Shown here: positions 11,298-22,408 of the stretch, piece after piece
How positions within the stretch are numbered: position 1 is the first letter of the stretch
How the letters are laid out: each line of letters starts with the position of its first letter
Assembly: GCA_026989015.1 (NCBI GenBank)
Contig: JALSKD010000179.1
Location: 42,662 to 106,661 of the forward strand
Reading direction: 5' to 3'
Length of the DNA stretch: 64,000 nucleotides
Origin: Gammaproteobacteria bacterium
Lineage (GTDB): Bacteria; Pseudomonadota; Gammaproteobacteria; GCA-001735895
Made by a program: the position numbers and the translations under genes
Notes under the pieces: generated by a model
What the model saw: only the letters and a program-made list of their open reading frames with translations
Told to the model about the DNA's origin: nothing
The model's database searches: none

Positions 11298-11327
11298 CCG
11301 GACTGTCAAAAGTTGACATTTTTGTCA
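11283..11327. promoter_or_regulatory. Probable PilR upstream activating sequences (clustered TGAC/GTCA palindromes)
   Basis: TGTCAA-aag-TTGACA (11304-11318) overlapping TGACA-tttt-TGTCA (11314-11327), about 110 bp upstream of the sigma54 site. Confidence 0.55.
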
Positions 11328-11428
11328 CCAATGGCACACCCTTCAGTCCCGCCACCCGTCGCCGCCCGAACGAGAAAAACACGATAACCTGTTGTTTCAT
11401 AAAGATATATAAAGTTTCAATACAAAAC

Positions 11429-11444
11429 TGGCACGCTCTCTGCT
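11429..11444 (+). promoter_or_regulatory. Sigma54 (-24/-12) promoter of pilA
   Basis: TGGCACGCTCTCTGCT with GG and GC 12 nt apart, preceded by an AT-rich stretch. Confidence 0.85.
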
Positions 11445-11517
11445 ACCATCCAGCCATGATTCGGCCCTGCCGTATCGTGAATCCATTGGAACTCAATTTT
11501 TGAAAGAGGAAATCAAC

Positions 11518-11940
11518 ATGATGAAGAAACAACAAGCGGGCTTTACCCTGATCGAACTCATGATCGTCGTCGCGATCATCGGCATCCTGGCCGCCGTTGC
11601 ACTGCCGGCCTACCAGGACTACACCAAGCGCGCCAAGTTCTCCGAAGTGGTCATCGGTACTTCGGGCATCAAGACCGCTGTTGAACTGTGCGCCCAGGAT
11701 CTCGGCACTGTGACCGGATGCGACGGAGGTACTCAAGGAAACGGCTGGTCAATTGTTGATGTTGCAGCTGGTGCACCGGGCTATGTCGACAGTATCTCCA
11801 CAACCAATGGCGTCATCACCGCTACTGCTGATAATGCCAATGGTCTCGCGGGTGAGACTTACATCCTGACACCCACTTTCGCCGGCGGCAAAGTCACTTG
11901 GGCCAAGAGTGGCACCTGTGTAGCAGCCAATATTTGCTGA
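11518..11940 (+). CDS. pilA: Type IVa major pilin
   Basis: G|[27 protein letters not shown] prepilin motif; GAGGA RBS; four Cys. Confidence 0.96.
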   Translation: MMKKQQAGFTLIELMIVVAIIGILAAVALPAYQDYTKRAKFSEVVIGTSGIKTAVELCAQDLGTVTGCDGGTQGNGWSIVDVAAGAPGYVDSISTTNGVITATADNANGLAGETYILTPTFAGGKVTWAKSGTCVAANIC

Positions 11941-11964
11941 TCGCTTACAGCGAAAACCACCCTG

Positions 11965-11993
11965 AAGGGCAGTCGTTTCGGCTGCCCTTTTTT
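11965..11993 (+). terminator. Rho-independent terminator after pilA
   Basis: AAGGGCAGTCG-ttt-CGGCTGCCCTT followed by a T-run. Confidence 0.85.
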
Positions 11994-12145
11994 GTGCCCA
12001 TCATATATCAAATTGAAGGAGAAACGCCCCCCATATACCTATTAATTCCGCATATAAGGAATCCATTCAACAAAACTTCAAAACTGTAATATACTCAGGC
12101 ATATACACAGGTATTCTCAGAATCATAATCACCTCTCAATAATCC

Positions 12146-13858
12146 ATGAGCCTAGTCACCGCCCCACCTCTGACCGGTCTTGCCCGCAAGCTGGTCGCCG
12201 ACCGCATACTCGACGAACAGACGGTTCAAGAGGCCATTGACAAGGCCAAAACCGAAAGCACCTCTTTACAACGCTACCTGATCGACCAGAAACTGGTATC
12301 CGCCGATGTGGTCGCCATGGCTTCGGCCGAGGAGTTCGGCCTGCCGGTGTTCGACCTGTCGGTGATGGATCCGGAGCAGGCACCGCTGACCCTGGTCGAG
12401 GAAAAGCTGATCGAGAAGCACCACGCGGTGCCGCTGTTCAAGCGCGGCAAGCGGCTGTTCGTGGCCATTGGCAATGCCACCAACATGCAGGCGCTGGACG
12501 AGTTCAAGTTCAACACCGGCCTGTCCACCGAGCCGGTGCTGGTGCGCGAGGACGACCTCGACAAATTCATCGAGAAAGCCCTGTCGGCGATGGACACCGG
12601 CATGGACGACATGATGCTCGACGATGACCTGGCGAACCTGGATGTGGAAGCCGCCGAGGAGGAGGACAGAGGCCCCACCGAAAGCGACGCCGATGACGCC
12701 CCGGTCGTCAAGTATGTGAACAAGATCCTCGTCGACGCCATCAACAAGGGCGCCTCGGACATCCACTTCGAGCCCTACGAGAAACGCTACCGCATCCGCT
12801 ACCGCATCGACGGCATCCTGCAGGAAGTGGCCTCGCCGCCGATCAACATCGCCGGCAAGCTGACCGCGCGGGTCAAGGTCATGTCGCGCATGGACATCGC
12901 CGAGCGACGGGTGCCCCAGGACGGCCGCATCAAGCTGAAACTCTCGAAAAAGCGGGCCATCGATTTCCGCGTCAACACCTGTCCGACCCTGTTCGGCGAG
13001 AAGATCGTGCTGCGGATCCTCGACTCGGCCAGCGCCAAGCTGGGCATCGACGCCTTGGGCTACGAGCCGGAGCAGAAGGAACTCTACCTCAATGCGCTGG
13101 CCAACCCCTACGGCATGATCCTGGTCACCGGCCCCACCGGCAGCGGCAAGACGGTGTCCCTGTACACCGGCCTCAACATCCTCAACGAGCCGGAGACCAA
13201 CATCTCCACCGCCGAGGACCCGGCGGAGATCAATCTGGAAGGCATCAACCAGGTCAATGTCAATCCCAAGGTGGGGCTGACCTTCGCCGAGGCGCTGCGC
13301 GCCTTCCTGCGGCAGGACCCGGATGTGATCATGGTCGGCGAGATCCGCGACCTGGAAACCGCCGAGATCGCCATCAAGGCGGCCCAGACCGGTCACCTGG
13401 TATTGTCCACACTGCATACCAATGATGCCCCTCAAACGCTCACTCGTCTGATGAACATGGGGGTGCCGGCCTTCAATATCGCCACCTCTGTTACCCTGAT
13501 CATTGCGCAGCGGCTGGGGCGGCGGCTGTGCCCGCACTGCAAGGCGCCCGAGGACCTGCCGACCGAGATACTGAAACAGGAAGGCTTCACCGATGACGAC
13601 ATCGCCGAGGGCTTCACCGTGTACAAGGCCGTTGGCTGCGACCAGTGCGTGAAGGGCTACAAGGGCCGGGTCGGCATCTATCAGGTGATGCCGGTCACCG
13701 AGGCCATTGGCCGTCTGATCATGGGCGGCGCCAATGCGATGGATCTGGCCGACCAGGCCGCGAAGGAAGGCGTGGACGACCTGCGCCGCTCCGCCCTGAA
13801 GAAAGTCAAGCAAGGCATACTGAGCCTTGAAGAAGCCAACCGAGTCACCAAGGATTAG
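12146..13858 (+). CDS. pilB: Type IV pilus assembly ATPase PilB
   Basis: ASDIHFEP, GPTGSGKT, LRQDPDVIMVGEIRD, two CxxC pairs. Confidence 0.97.
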   Translation: MSLVTAPPLTGLARKLVADRILDEQTVQEAIDKAKTESTSLQRYLIDQKLVSADVVAMASAEEFGLPVFDLSVMDPEQAPLTLVEEKLIEKHHAVPLFKRGKRLFVAIGNATNMQALDEFKFNTGLSTEPVLVREDDLDKFIEKALSAMDTGMDDMMLDDDLANLDVEAAEEEDRGPTESDADDAPVVKYVNKILVDAINKGASDIHFEPYEKRYRIRYRIDGILQEVASPPINIAGKLTARVKVMSRMDIAERRVPQDGRIKLKLSKKRAIDFRVNTCPTLFGEKIVLRILDSASAKLGIDALGYEPEQKELYLNALANPYGMILVTGPTGSGKTVSLYTGLNILNEPETNISTAEDPAEINLEGINQVNVNPKVGLTFAEALRAFLRQDPDVIMVGEIRDLETAEIAIKAAQTGHLVLSTLHTNDAPQTLTRLMNMGVPAFNIATSVTLIIAQRLGRRLCPHCKAPEDLPTEILKQEGFTDDDIAEGFTVYKAVGCDQCVKGYKGRVGIYQVMPVTEAIGRLIMGGANAMDLADQAAKEGVDDLRRSALKKVKQGILSLEEANRVTKD

Positions 13859-13863
13859 ACAGC

Positions 13864-15084
13864 ATGGCCAAGAACCCTCCCGAGAAGATCGAGTTTCTCT
13901 ATGAAGGCACCGACCGCAGCGGCAACCGCATCAAGGGCGAGGTCTTCGCGCTCAACGACGCCCTGGCCAAGGGCCAGCTGCGCAAGCAGGGCATCAACCC
14001 GCTGCGCCTGAAAAAGAAACCCAAGCCGCTGTTCGGTGGCAAGACCGCCAAGATCACACCGGCCGACATCGCCGTGTTCAGCCGCCAGATGGCGACCATG
14101 ATGTCTTCCGGCGTACCGCTGGTGCAATCCTTCGACATCATCGGCCAGGGTAACGACAACCCGGCCATGGCCAAGATGATCATGGACATCAAGGCCGATG
14201 TGGAAGCCGGTGCCAACTTCGCCGACGCGCTGAAGAAATTCCCGATGCATTTCGATCCGCTGTTCGTCAACCTAGTCCAGGCCGGCGAACAGTCGGGCGC
14301 ACTGGAAACCATGCTCGACAAGCTGGCCACCTACAAGGAAAAGACCGAGGCGTTGAAGGCCAAGGTCAAGAAGGCCATGACCTACCCGATCGCGGTACTG
14401 GTGGTCGCCTTCATCGTCACCGTGATCCTGCTCATCTTCGTGGTGCCCCAGTTCCAGGAAGTGTTCTCCAGTTTCGGCGCCGAACTGCCGGCCATGACCC
14501 TGTTCGTCATCGCCCTGTCGGAATTCATGCAGCAGTACTGGTGGATGTTCATCGCCGCCATCGGCATTGCCTTTGCCGTTTACAGGCATTTCAACGCCAA
14601 GTCGGAAAAATTCAGAAAATGGAAGGACCGGACGGTACTGAAGATTCCGGTCGTCGGCGAAATCGCCGAGAAATCCGCCATCGCCCGCTTCGCGCGCACG
14701 CTGGAAACCATGTCCGCCGCCGGCGTGCCGCTGGTCGAGGCCATGGATTCGGTGGCCGGCGCCACGGGCAACAGCCTGTTTTACGAAGCCACGATGAAGA
14801 TCCGCGACCAGATCTCCGGCGGTACCCGTCTGCAGGATGCCATGAAAATGACCGGCCTGTTTCCGAACATGGTCATCCAGATGGTCTCCATCGGCGAGGA
14901 AGCCGGCTCGCTGGATCACATGCTGAGCAAGGTGGCCGATTTCTACGAGGCCGAGGTGGACAACCTGGTCGACAACCTGACTTCACTGATGGAACCGATG
15001 ATCATGGCCGTGCTGGGCGTGCTGGTCGGCGGCCTGATCGTGGCCATGTACCTGCCGATCTTCCAGCTCGGCAATGTCGTCTGA
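13864..15084 (+). CDS. pilC: Type IV pilus inner-membrane platform protein PilC
   Basis: Two T2SSF repeats: FSRQMATMMSSGVPL, GEQSGAL, MYLPIFQLG. Confidence 0.96.
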   Translation: MAKNPPEKIEFLYEGTDRSGNRIKGEVFALNDALAKGQLRKQGINPLRLKKKPKPLFGGKTAKITPADIAVFSRQMATMMSSGVPLVQSFDIIGQGNDNPAMAKMIMDIKADVEAGANFADALKKFPMHFDPLFVNLVQAGEQSGALETMLDKLATYKEKTEALKAKVKKAMTYPIAVLVVAFIVTVILLIFVVPQFQEVFSSFGAELPAMTLFVIALSEFMQQYWWMFIAAIGIAFAVYRHFNAKSEKFRKWKDRTVLKIPVVGEIAEKSAIARFARTLETMSAAGVPLVEAMDSVAGATGNSLFYEATMKIRDQISGGTRLQDAMKMTGLFPNMVIQMVSIGEEAGSLDHMLSKVADFYEAEVDNLVDNLTSLMEPMIMAVLGVLVGGLIVAMYLPIFQLGNVV

Positions 15085-15096
15085 CGCCAGCCGCTG

Positions 15097-15966
15097 ATGT
15101 TCGACAACCTGCTGGAGGCGTTCACGCAGATGCCGTGGCTGTTCCTGGCCACCGTGTTTCTGCTGGGCCTGATGGTCGGCAGCTTCCTCAATGTGGTGAT
15201 CTACCGCCTGCCGCTGATGATGCAGCGCGAATGGCGGCGCGAGTGCCTGGAATTCCTCGAGCAGGACAGCGAAGGCGAAACGGAGCGTTTCAACCTGATG
15301 TGGCCCCGCTCCCGTTGTGGTGAATGCGGCCACGCCATCACCGCTCTGGAAAACATCCCGGTCGTCTCCTGGCTGCTGCTGCGCGGCCGCTGCAGCCAGT
15401 GCGGCACGCGCATCTCCTGGCAGTATCCACTGGTGGAACTGTTCACCGCCATCGTCTCCATCACCGTGGCCTGGCGCTTCGGCGTCAGCGAACAAACCGC
15501 CGCCGCGCTGCTCTTCAGCTGGGCGCTGATCGCTATGAGCGGCATCGACATCGGCCACAAGCTGTTGCCGGACAGCCTCACCCTGCCGATGCTCTGGCTC
15601 GGCATTCTGCTCTCCTTCTTCCATGTCTTTGTCGATCTCGAGAGCAGCGTCATCGGCGCCATGGCCGGCTACCTGAGCCTGTGGTCGGTGTACATCGTGT
15701 TCAAGCTGATCACCGGCAAGGAAGGCATGGGCCACGGCGATTTCAAGCTGCTGGCCATGCTCGGTGCCTGGATGGGCTGGAAGATGCTGCTGGTGATCAT
15801 CCTCACCTCTTCGCTGGTCGGCGCCACCATCGGCATCCTGATGATCCTGCTCAGAAAAACCGGGCGCAATACCCAGATCCCCTTCGGCCCCTATCTGGCT
15901 GCCGCCGGCTGGATTGCCCTGCTGTGGGGCGACGCACTGAACCGCTTCTTCTTCTCCCTCGTCTGA
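15097..15966 (+). CDS. pilD: Prepilin peptidase/N-methyltransferase
   Basis: GSFLNVVIYRLP, two CxxC, GMGHGDFKL, IPFGPYL. Confidence 0.97.
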   Translation: MFDNLLEAFTQMPWLFLATVFLLGLMVGSFLNVVIYRLPLMMQREWRRECLEFLEQDSEGETERFNLMWPRSRCGECGHAITALENIPVVSWLLLRGRCSQCGTRISWQYPLVELFTAIVSITVAWRFGVSEQTAAALLFSWALIAMSGIDIGHKLLPDSLTLPMLWLGILLSFFHVFVDLESSVIGAMAGYLSLWSVYIVFKLITGKEGMGHGDFKLLAMLGAWMGWKMLLVIILTSSLVGATIGILMILLRKTGRNTQIPFGPYLAAAGWIALLWGDALNRFFFSLV

Positions 15967-15968
15967 GC

Positions 15969-16574
15969 ATGCAACGCATTGGCCTGACCGGCGGCATCGC
16001 ATCGGGCAAGACAGCCCTTGCCGATGCGCTGGCCCAACGCGGGCTCACCGTGATCGATGCCGATGACATCAGCCGCGCGCTGATGCAGCCTGGCGAGCCG
16101 GGCTACCGTGTGGCGGTCGATCACTTCGGCGAAGGCATTCTCGACGCTGAAGGCAAAATCGACCGCCCCGCCCTGCGCCGCCGGGTATTCGAACGACCGG
16201 AGGAGCGGCGCAACCTGGAGCGGATGCTGCACCCGCTCATCCGCCAACGCATCGAGCAGACCCTCGATGAGCTGGAGGAAGACAGCGCCCTCATCGTTGT
16301 GCCGCTGCTGTTCGAAAGCGGTTTCGATGATCTGGTGGACCGCAGCCTGGCCATCGATTGCCCGAGAGACATCCAGATCGAGCGCCTCATGCAGCGGGAC
16401 GGCATCGACCGCATGCTGGCCGAGCGCATGCTCGATGCCCAGATGAGCAATGCCGAGCGCGTGCAACGCTCCGACCACAGTGTGGTCAACGACGGCTCGC
16501 AACCCGTCGAAGCGATCGCGGAGCAGGTGCTGGACTGGTTGTACGGTCGCGGCCCGTGGGCATCGCGGTTATAA
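15969..16574 (+). CDS. coaE: Dephospho-CoA kinase
   Basis: IGLTGGIASGKT, IDADD, LHPLI, VPLLFE; ATG at 15969. Confidence 0.94.
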   Translation: MQRIGLTGGIASGKTALADALAQRGLTVIDADDISRALMQPGEPGYRVAVDHFGEGILDAEGKIDRPALRRRVFERPEERRNLERMLHPLIRQRIEQTLDELEEDSALIVVPLLFESGFDDLVDRSLAIDCPRDIQIERLMQRDGIDRMLAERMLDAQMSNAERVQRSDHSVVNDGSQPVEAIAEQVLDWLYGRGPWASRL

Positions 16575-16601
16575 TCCCCCGAATCTTCCGGACGCCCTGA
16601 C

Positions 16602-17375
16602 ATGCCGACTTCCGCCGTCATCTACGAACAGCCGCTCAATGAACGCATCCGCATCTGCCTGCGCATCGAGGCGCTGATCGACCGGCTCGATCATTTCAAC
16701 GCCCTGGACAGCGATCACGCCGCCTACCAGTCGTTGCTGACGGTGCTGGAGATCACCGCCCTGGTGGAACGCGGCGACATCAAGCAGGAAATCATCAAGG
16801 AACTGGACCGCCAGCACAAGGTACTTACCGGCCTGATCAGCCATCACAGCGTGGACACATCGCGTCTGGAGATGACCCTGAACCGGCTCAAGCAGGCGCT
16901 CAACCGCATGCACGGCATGGACGGCCGGCTGGGCGAGCACCTCAAGGCCATCGACTTTCTGCTCGCGGTGAAACAACGCTCGGTGATCCCTGGCGGCAGT
17001 TGCGATTTCGACCTGCCGCAGCTGCGCTACTGGCTCAACCGCAGCCACGAACAGCGCCAGCAGGACATCGACCGCTGGTCGGCCCCCTACCGCGAGCTCT
17101 ACCAGACCCTGGCATTGATCCTCAAGAACATCCGTGACAGCGCCTTCGCCGAACCGGTGGAAGCCGCCAAGGGGTTTTTCCAGGAATCGCTGGATCCGGC
17201 CCAGCCCAACCAGATGCTGCGCATCGAGCTTGACAGCAACGACCTGTTCCCCGAGATCAGCGCCGGCAAGCACCGCTACAGCATCCGTTTCATGCGCTAT
17301 GCCGGCAGCGTCGATCAGCTGCCGCAACAGATCAAGGACAGCGTGTCCTTCCGGTTGATGCGCTGCAGCCTCTAG
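16602..17375 (+). CDS. zapD: Cell division protein ZapD
   Basis: YEQPLNERIR, IPGGSCDFDLP, PEISAGKHRYSIRF; follows coaE. Confidence 0.92.
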   Translation: MPTSAVIYEQPLNERIRICLRIEALIDRLDHFNALDSDHAAYQSLLTVLEITALVERGDIKQEIIKELDRQHKVLTGLISHHSVDTSRLEMTLNRLKQALNRMHGMDGRLGEHLKAIDFLLAVKQRSVIPGGSCDFDLPQLRYWLNRSHEQRQQDIDRWSAPYRELYQTLALILKNIRDSAFAEPVEAAKGFFQESLDPAQPNQMLRIELDSNDLFPEISAGKHRYSIRFMRYAGSVDQLPQQIKDSVSFRLMRCSL

Positions 17376-17408
17376 GGAAGCCCGAATCAATCAGAGCTTC
17401 CCGCGCAA

Positions 17409-18398
17409 TCAGCCTGCCCAGAAATCCGAAATACCCGCCACGCCGATGGCGCCCTGCTCCCGAGCCACCGCGAAATCCTTGCGCCCTACGCCGCCCAGCG
17501 CATAAAGCGGCAGACGACTGGCGGTGCTGATGGCCTGAAAACCGGCCCAGCCCAGCGCCGGCCGGCCCGGATGACTGAGGGTTGTCCGCACCGGTGACAG
17601 CAGCGCAAAGCGGCAGCCCAGATGTTCTGCCCGCTGTACCTCAAAGGCATCATGAGCGGAGGCACTGAGGCGAATGCCATCGTCAAAGGGCGGCTCATCG
17701 AGCGACGCCAGGGCCGCCGAGGACAGGTGGCGATTGCGGAAGGGCTGCAGCCGCGCCGCGGTCAAACCCTCCAGGGTGGGCCGGTGGACGATCAGCTCCG
17801 CGCCGTGGCGTTCGCAGATGACCGTGGCCCGCAGGGCCAGTTCCGCATAACGGTCATCGGGCAGCGCATGGGCGCGCAGCAGCACCGCCCCATAGTGACG
17901 ACGCGCCAGCAGCGCATCGAGCCGTTCGGTGAACTCCCGCTGCCGGGTGCCTGCGGGTTCGGGGGTGATCAGCAGTTCAGGGGGCAAATCCAGCGCCTGC
18001 AGGACCGAAAGATCCGCCGGCGGAAAGTCCAGTGCCTTCAACGCATCGATGGACACCCAGCGCCATTCCTGCCCCTCGCGGCCCTGCGGCTCGCCGGTGA
18101 AGCTGCGGACTTCCCAGACATCCAGCGCCACGCGCCGGTCCGGGTAGTCGTGGGTCAGCCGAAAAAAGGGCCGTGCCACCAGGTGACGCAGGCCCAGTTC
18201 TTCTTCCAGCTCCCTGGCCAGGGCATGGAAGCGGGCTTCGCCCGGTTCCTGCTTTCCGCCCGGAAACTCCCACAGATTCTCCAGATGCTGGCCGCGGCGC
18301 CGGCGGCTGACGAGGATTTCAGAGCGGTCGGGGTGGTGGATGATGGCGGCCACCACCGGGATGGCCGGCGCAGTCGCTTCAACTGCGGTACTCGGCAT
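17409..18398 (-). CDS. mutT: MutT/Nudix hydrolase fused to a thiamine-phosphate-synthase-like domain
   Basis: WEFPGGKQEPGE..ALARELEEELG Nudix box; C-terminal LSPVRTTLSHP, YALGG. Confidence 0.85.
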   Translation of the reverse strand: MPSTAVEATAPAIPVVAAIIHHPDRSEILVSRRRRGQHLENLWEFPGGKQEPGEARFHALARELEEELGLRHLVARPFFRLTHDYPDRRVALDVWEVRSFTGEPQGREGQEWRWVSIDALKALDFPPADLSVLQALDLPPELLITPEPAGTRQREFTERLDALLARRHYGAVLLRAHALPDDRYAELALRATVICERHGAELIVHRPTLEGLTAARLQPFRNRHLSSAALASLDEPPFDDGIRLSASAHDAFEVQRAEHLGCRFALLSPVRTTLSHPGRPALGWAGFQAISTASRLPLYALGGVGRKDFAVAREQGAIGVAGISDFWAG

Positions 18399-19593
18399 TG
18401 ATCTTCACATAGTCGTAGGAGAGATCGCTGGTCCAGATCCGCGCCGAGGCGTCGCCGGCCCGAAGCAGGATGCGGATCAGAATGTCTTCCCGGTCCATTA
18501 CCGCCTGGCCGCGTTCCTCGCGGTAATCCGGATCCGGCTCACCCTTGTGGATCAGCCGGACATCGCCCAGGTAGAGATCCACGCGGTCGATATCCAGCCG
18601 TTCGATCGGCGCGCGACCCACCGCCGCCAGGATGCGCCCCCAGTTCGGGTCGGAGGCGAACACAGCGGTCTTGACCAGCGGCGAATGGGCCACGGTATAG
18701 GCAATGGCGCGTGCATCCTCGGCGCTGGCGGCACCTTCGACACGCACTTCGACGAACTTGGTTGCGCCCTCGCCATCGCGCACGATGGACTGGGCCAGTT
18801 GCAAAAACAGCTCGTTCAGGGCTTCAACGAAGTCGGCTTCCGTACCGTCGATACCCACCCCGGAGCGGCCGGTGGCAATCAGCACACAGGCATCGTTGGT
18901 GGAGGTGTCGCCATCGACGGTGATGGCGTTGAAGGAAGCGTCCACGGCCTGCTGCAGCAGGTGTTGCAGCCGTGCCGGGTCGACGGCCGCATCGGTGGCG
19001 ACGAAGGCCAGCATGGTGGCCATGTCGGGGCGGATCATTCCCGAGCCCTTGCAAATGCCGGTGAGGGTGACCCTGCGTCCGTCGATCTCGACTTGCCGGC
19101 TGGCGCCCTTGGGCAGGGTGTCGGTGGTCATGAGGCCACGGGCCGCGACCGGCCAGGCATCGGCGGATAGGCTCTCGTACAATGCCGGAAGCGCACCGGC
19201 AATCCGTTCCAGCGGCAGGGGTTCGCCGATGACGCCGGTGGAAAAGGGCAGCACCGAAGCCGCCTCATCTCCGCTCAGCGACGCCAGAGCGGCGCAGCTT
19301 GCACGCGCGGCGGATAGCCCTGGCTGCCCGGTGCCGGCATTGGCGTTACCGGAATTGATCAGCAGAAAACGGCGCCCGTCGACCGTGCGGGCCAGGTGCT
19401 CGCGGGCAACGGTGACCGGTGCGGCGCAGAAGCGGTTGCGGGTGAACACGGCAGCCAGGGCGCTGCCCTCGGCGGCCTCGATCAGCACCAGGTCATCGCG
19501 TCGCGGGTCGGCCTTGATGCCGGCGTGAAGCGCAGACAGGCGGACACCATCGACCGCTTCGAGGTTTTCCGGTTCCCGCAGACCGACCGGCAT
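18379..19593 (-). CDS. argJ: Ornithine acetyltransferase / glutamate N-acetyltransferase
   Basis: NSGNANAGTG, STGVIG, KGSGMIRPDMATML, DGEGATK, INAEYRS. Confidence 0.95.
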   Translation of the reverse strand: MPVGLREPENLEAVDGVRLSALHAGIKADPRRDDLVLIEAAEGSALAAVFTRNRFCAAPVTVAREHLARTVDGRRFLLINSGNANAGTGQPGLSAARASCAALASLSGDEAASVLPFSTGVIGEPLPLERIAGALPALYESLSADAWPVAARGLMTTDTLPKGASRQVEIDGRRVTLTGICKGSGMIRPDMATMLAFVATDAAVDPARLQHLLQQAVDASFNAITVDGDTSTNDACVLIATGRSGVGIDGTEADFVEALNELFLQLAQSIVRDGEGATKFVEVRVEGAASAEDARAIAYTVAHSPLVKTAVFASDPNWGRILAAVGRAPIERLDIDRVDLYLGDVRLIHKGEPDPDYREERGQAVMDREDILIRILLRAGDASARIWTSDLSYDYVKINAEYRS

Positions 19594-19595
19594 CG

Positions 19596-22298
19596 TCAGC
19601 TCAGCTTGCCGTGGCAGTGCTTGTATTTCTTGCCCGAGCCGCACCAGCAGGGCTCGTTGCGACCCAGCTTCTTCTCCTTGCGCACATAGGGCTGGGACGG
19701 AGCCTCAACGGCCGGTTCCTCGGTGGCCAGCGCGCTCTCGATCGCGTCGTGCTTCAGCTCCAGATCGTCCAGCTCATGCTGCTGTTGCTGTTCCAGCGCT
19801 TCCACCTGGGATTCGTCGCGCACCTGGATGCGGGTAAGGATGGTGATCGCTTCCAGCTTGATGCTGTCGAGCATGGCGCTGAACATCTCGAAGGATTCGC
19901 GCTTGAATTCCTGCACCGGGTTTTTCTGCGCGTAGCCACGCAAGCCAATGCCCTGGCGCAAATAGTCCATGGCCGCCAGGTGCTCCTTCCAGTGGCGGTC
20001 CAGTACCATCAGCATGATCTCCTTTTCGTAGCGGCGGGCGATGTCCTCGCCGACCAGGGCCACCTTGGCGTCATAGGCCTGCTCGAAATGCTCGACGATG
20101 CGGTCGAGAATGGTTTCATCGGTGAGCTGTTCGTCCTCGTCCAGCCATTGCTGAATCGGCAATTCCTCGCCGAATTCGTTGGCCAGGGATTCTTCCAGGC
20201 CCTTGATGTCCCACTGTTCCTCGATGCTGCCGGCCGGCACATACAGGCGGAAATGGTTTTCCAGTACATCGCGGCGCATGTCCTTGAGGGCCTCGTAGAT
20301 GCTGTCGGCACGCAGCAGATCGTCACGCTGGGCGTAGATGACCTTGCGCTGATCATTGGCGACATCGTCGTATTCCAGCAGGTGCTTGCGGATGTCGAAG
20401 TTATGGGCCTCCACCTTGCGCTGTGCGTTCTCGATGGCCTTGGTGACCCAGGGGTGCTCGATGGCTTCCCCTTCCTGCATGCCCAGTTTCTGCATCAGCC
20501 CGGCCACCTTCTCCGAGGCGAAGATGCGCATCAGGCTGTCTTCCATCGACAGGTAGAAACGCGAGGAACCCGGATCACCCTGACGGCCGGCACGGCCACG
20601 CAACTGGTTGTCGATGCGGCGGGATTCATGGCGCTCGGTGCCGATGATGTGCAGCCCTCCGGCGTCCAGTACCCGCTGATGGCGCTGCTCCCAGTCCTGC
20701 CGGGCCGATTCACGGGCCTTGCTGTCCTCTTCGGGGATATCCGCCAGTTCCTTGTCGAGGTTGCCCCCGAGCACGATGTCGGTGCCGCGACCGGCCATGT
20801 TGGTGGCGATGGTCACCGCGCCCGGACGGCCGGCATTGGCGATGATCTGCGCCTCACGCTCATGCTGCTTGGCGTTGAGCACCTCGTGCTTGATGCCGGA
20901 TTTCTTCAACAGCCCGGAGAGGTATTCGGACACCTCGATCGAGGTGGTACCCACCAGCACCGGCTGATCGCGTGAGACGCAGTCCTTGATGTCCTCGATG
21001 ACCGCATCGAACTTCTCACGCGCGGTCAGGTACACCAGATCGCCCTTGTCGTCACGGATCATCGGCTTGTGGGTCGGCACCACGACTACTTCCAGGCCAT
21101 AGATCTGCTGGAATTCGAAGGCTTCGGTGTCGGCGGTTCCGGTCATGCCGGAGAGTTTTTCGTAGAGCCGGAAGTAGTTCTGGAAGGTGATCGACGCGAT
21201 GGTCTGGTTTTCCTGCTGGATGGAAACCCCTTCCTTGGCCTCGATGGCCTGATGCAGGCCGTCGGACCAGCGCCGGCCGGGCATGGTGCGGCCGGTGAAT
21301 TCATCGACGATGACCACCTGGCCGTCCTGTACGATGTAATCCACATCGCGCTGGTAGATGGCGTGGGCGCGAAGTGCCGCGTAGAGATGATGGATCAGCG
21401 AGATGTTGGACGGATCGTAGAGGCTTTGTCCTTCTTCCAGAAGCCCCGCCTCGACCAGCAACTGCTCGGCCTTTTCATGGCCTTCCTCGGTGAGAAAGGC
21501 CTGCTTGGTCTTTTCATCGACGGTGAAATCGCCGGGGCCGTCTTCTTCCTCGACCTTGACCAGCTTTGGCACCACCGCGTTCATGCGCGCATAGAGCTCG
21601 GAACTGTCGGCGGCCGGCCCGGAGATGATCAGCGGCGTGCGCGCCTCGTCGATGAGGATGGAATCCACTTCGTCGACGATGGCAAAGTACAGTCCGCGCT
21701 GCACCCGCTCCTCCAGCGAGAAGGCGAGGTTGTCGTGCATGTAGTCGAAGCCGAACTGGTTGTTGGTACCGTAGGTGATGTCGGCCGCATAGGCCTCGCG
21801 CTTCTGGTCGTAGTCCATGGTGCTCAGTACCACGCCGACGCTGAGGCCGAGGAAATTGTAGAGCTTGCCCATCCACTGGCTGTCGCGCTCGGCCAGGTAG
21901 TCGTTGACCGTCACCACATGCACGCCCTTTCCGGTCAGCGCATTGAGGTAGGCGGCCAGGGTCGCCACCAGTGTCTTGCCCTCACCGGTGCGCATCTCGG
22001 TGATCTGGTTGTTGTTGAGGATCATTCCGCCGATCAGCTGCACATCGTAGTGGCGCATGCCGAGCACCCGGCTGGAGGCCTCGCGGCAGACGGCGAAGGC
22101 TTCGGGCAGCATCTGCTCCAGGGTTTCGCCCTGTTGGTAGCGCTGCTTGAATTCGTCGGTCTTGGCGGCCAGTTCCTCATCGGAAAGGGCCTGCATCTGC
22201 GGCTCCAGGGCGTTGATCTTGTCGACTTCCTTGCGCAGGGATTTGATGATCCGGTCGTTACGGCTCCCGAAGATCTTGCGGAATACTTTGGACAGCAT
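19596..22298 (-). CDS. secA: Preprotein translocase ATPase SecA
   Basis: [29 protein letters not shown]-terminal SEC-C ([13 protein letters not shown]). Confidence 0.98.
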   Translation of the reverse strand: MLSKVFRKIFGSRNDRIIKSLRKEVDKINALEPQMQALSDEELAAKTDEFKQRYQQGETLEQMLPEAFAVCREASSRVLGMRHYDVQLIGGMILNNNQITEMRTGEGKTLVATLAAYLNALTGKGVHVVTVNDYLAERDSQWMGKLYNFLGLSVGVVLSTMDYDQKREAYAADITYGTNNQFGFDYMHDNLAFSLEERVQRGLYFAIVDEVDSILIDEARTPLIISGPAADSSELYARMNAVVPKLVKVEEEDGPGDFTVDEKTKQAFLTEEGHEKAEQLLVEAGLLEEGQSLYDPSNISLIHHLYAALRAHAIYQRDVDYIVQDGQVVIVDEFTGRTMPGRRWSDGLHQAIEAKEGVSIQQENQTIASITFQNYFRLYEKLSGMTGTADTEAFEFQQIYGLEVVVVPTHKPMIRDDKGDLVYLTAREKFDAVIEDIKDCVSRDQPVLVGTTSIEVSEYLSGLLKKSGIKHEVLNAKQHEREAQIIANAGRPGAVTIATNMAGRGTDIVLGGNLDKELADIPEEDSKARESARQDWEQRHQRVLDAGGLHIIGTERHESRRIDNQLRGRAGRQGDPGSSRFYLSMEDSLMRIFASEKVAGLMQKLGMQEGEAIEHPWVTKAIENAQRKVEAHNFDIRKHLLEYDDVANDQRKVIYAQRDDLLRADSIYEALKDMRRDVLENHFRLYVPAGSIEEQWDIKGLEESLANEFGEELPIQQWLDEDEQLTDETILDRIVEHFEQAYDAKVALVGEDIARRYEKEIMLMVLDRHWKEHLAAMDYLRQGIGLRGYAQKNPVQEFKRESFEMFSAMLDSIKLEAITILTRIQVRDESQVEALEQQQQHELDDLELKHDAIESALATEEPAVEAPSQPYVRKEKKLGRNEPCWCGSGKKYKHCHGKLS

Positions 22299-22408
22299 GT
22301 GGGCTCGGTATGGGTAAGAAAATGATGAAATATAGGCGCGGCATTATAAATCAACGCCTGCGGCGGGGATAATGATATTTGCGGACAACGGGGCCGGGGA
22401 GCGCCGCC

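Noticed and set aside
11898-12089. 63-aa ORF after pilA
   Set aside because: It spans the terminator and AT-rich spacer, with no RBS or coding bias
17409-18398. Nudix plus thiamine-phosphate-synthase-like fusion as a novelty
   Set aside because: A known fusion at this locus in many Gammaproteobacteria
2613-19593. Co-occurrence of argA and argJ
   Set aside because: The normal cyclic arginine pathway, as in Pseudomonas
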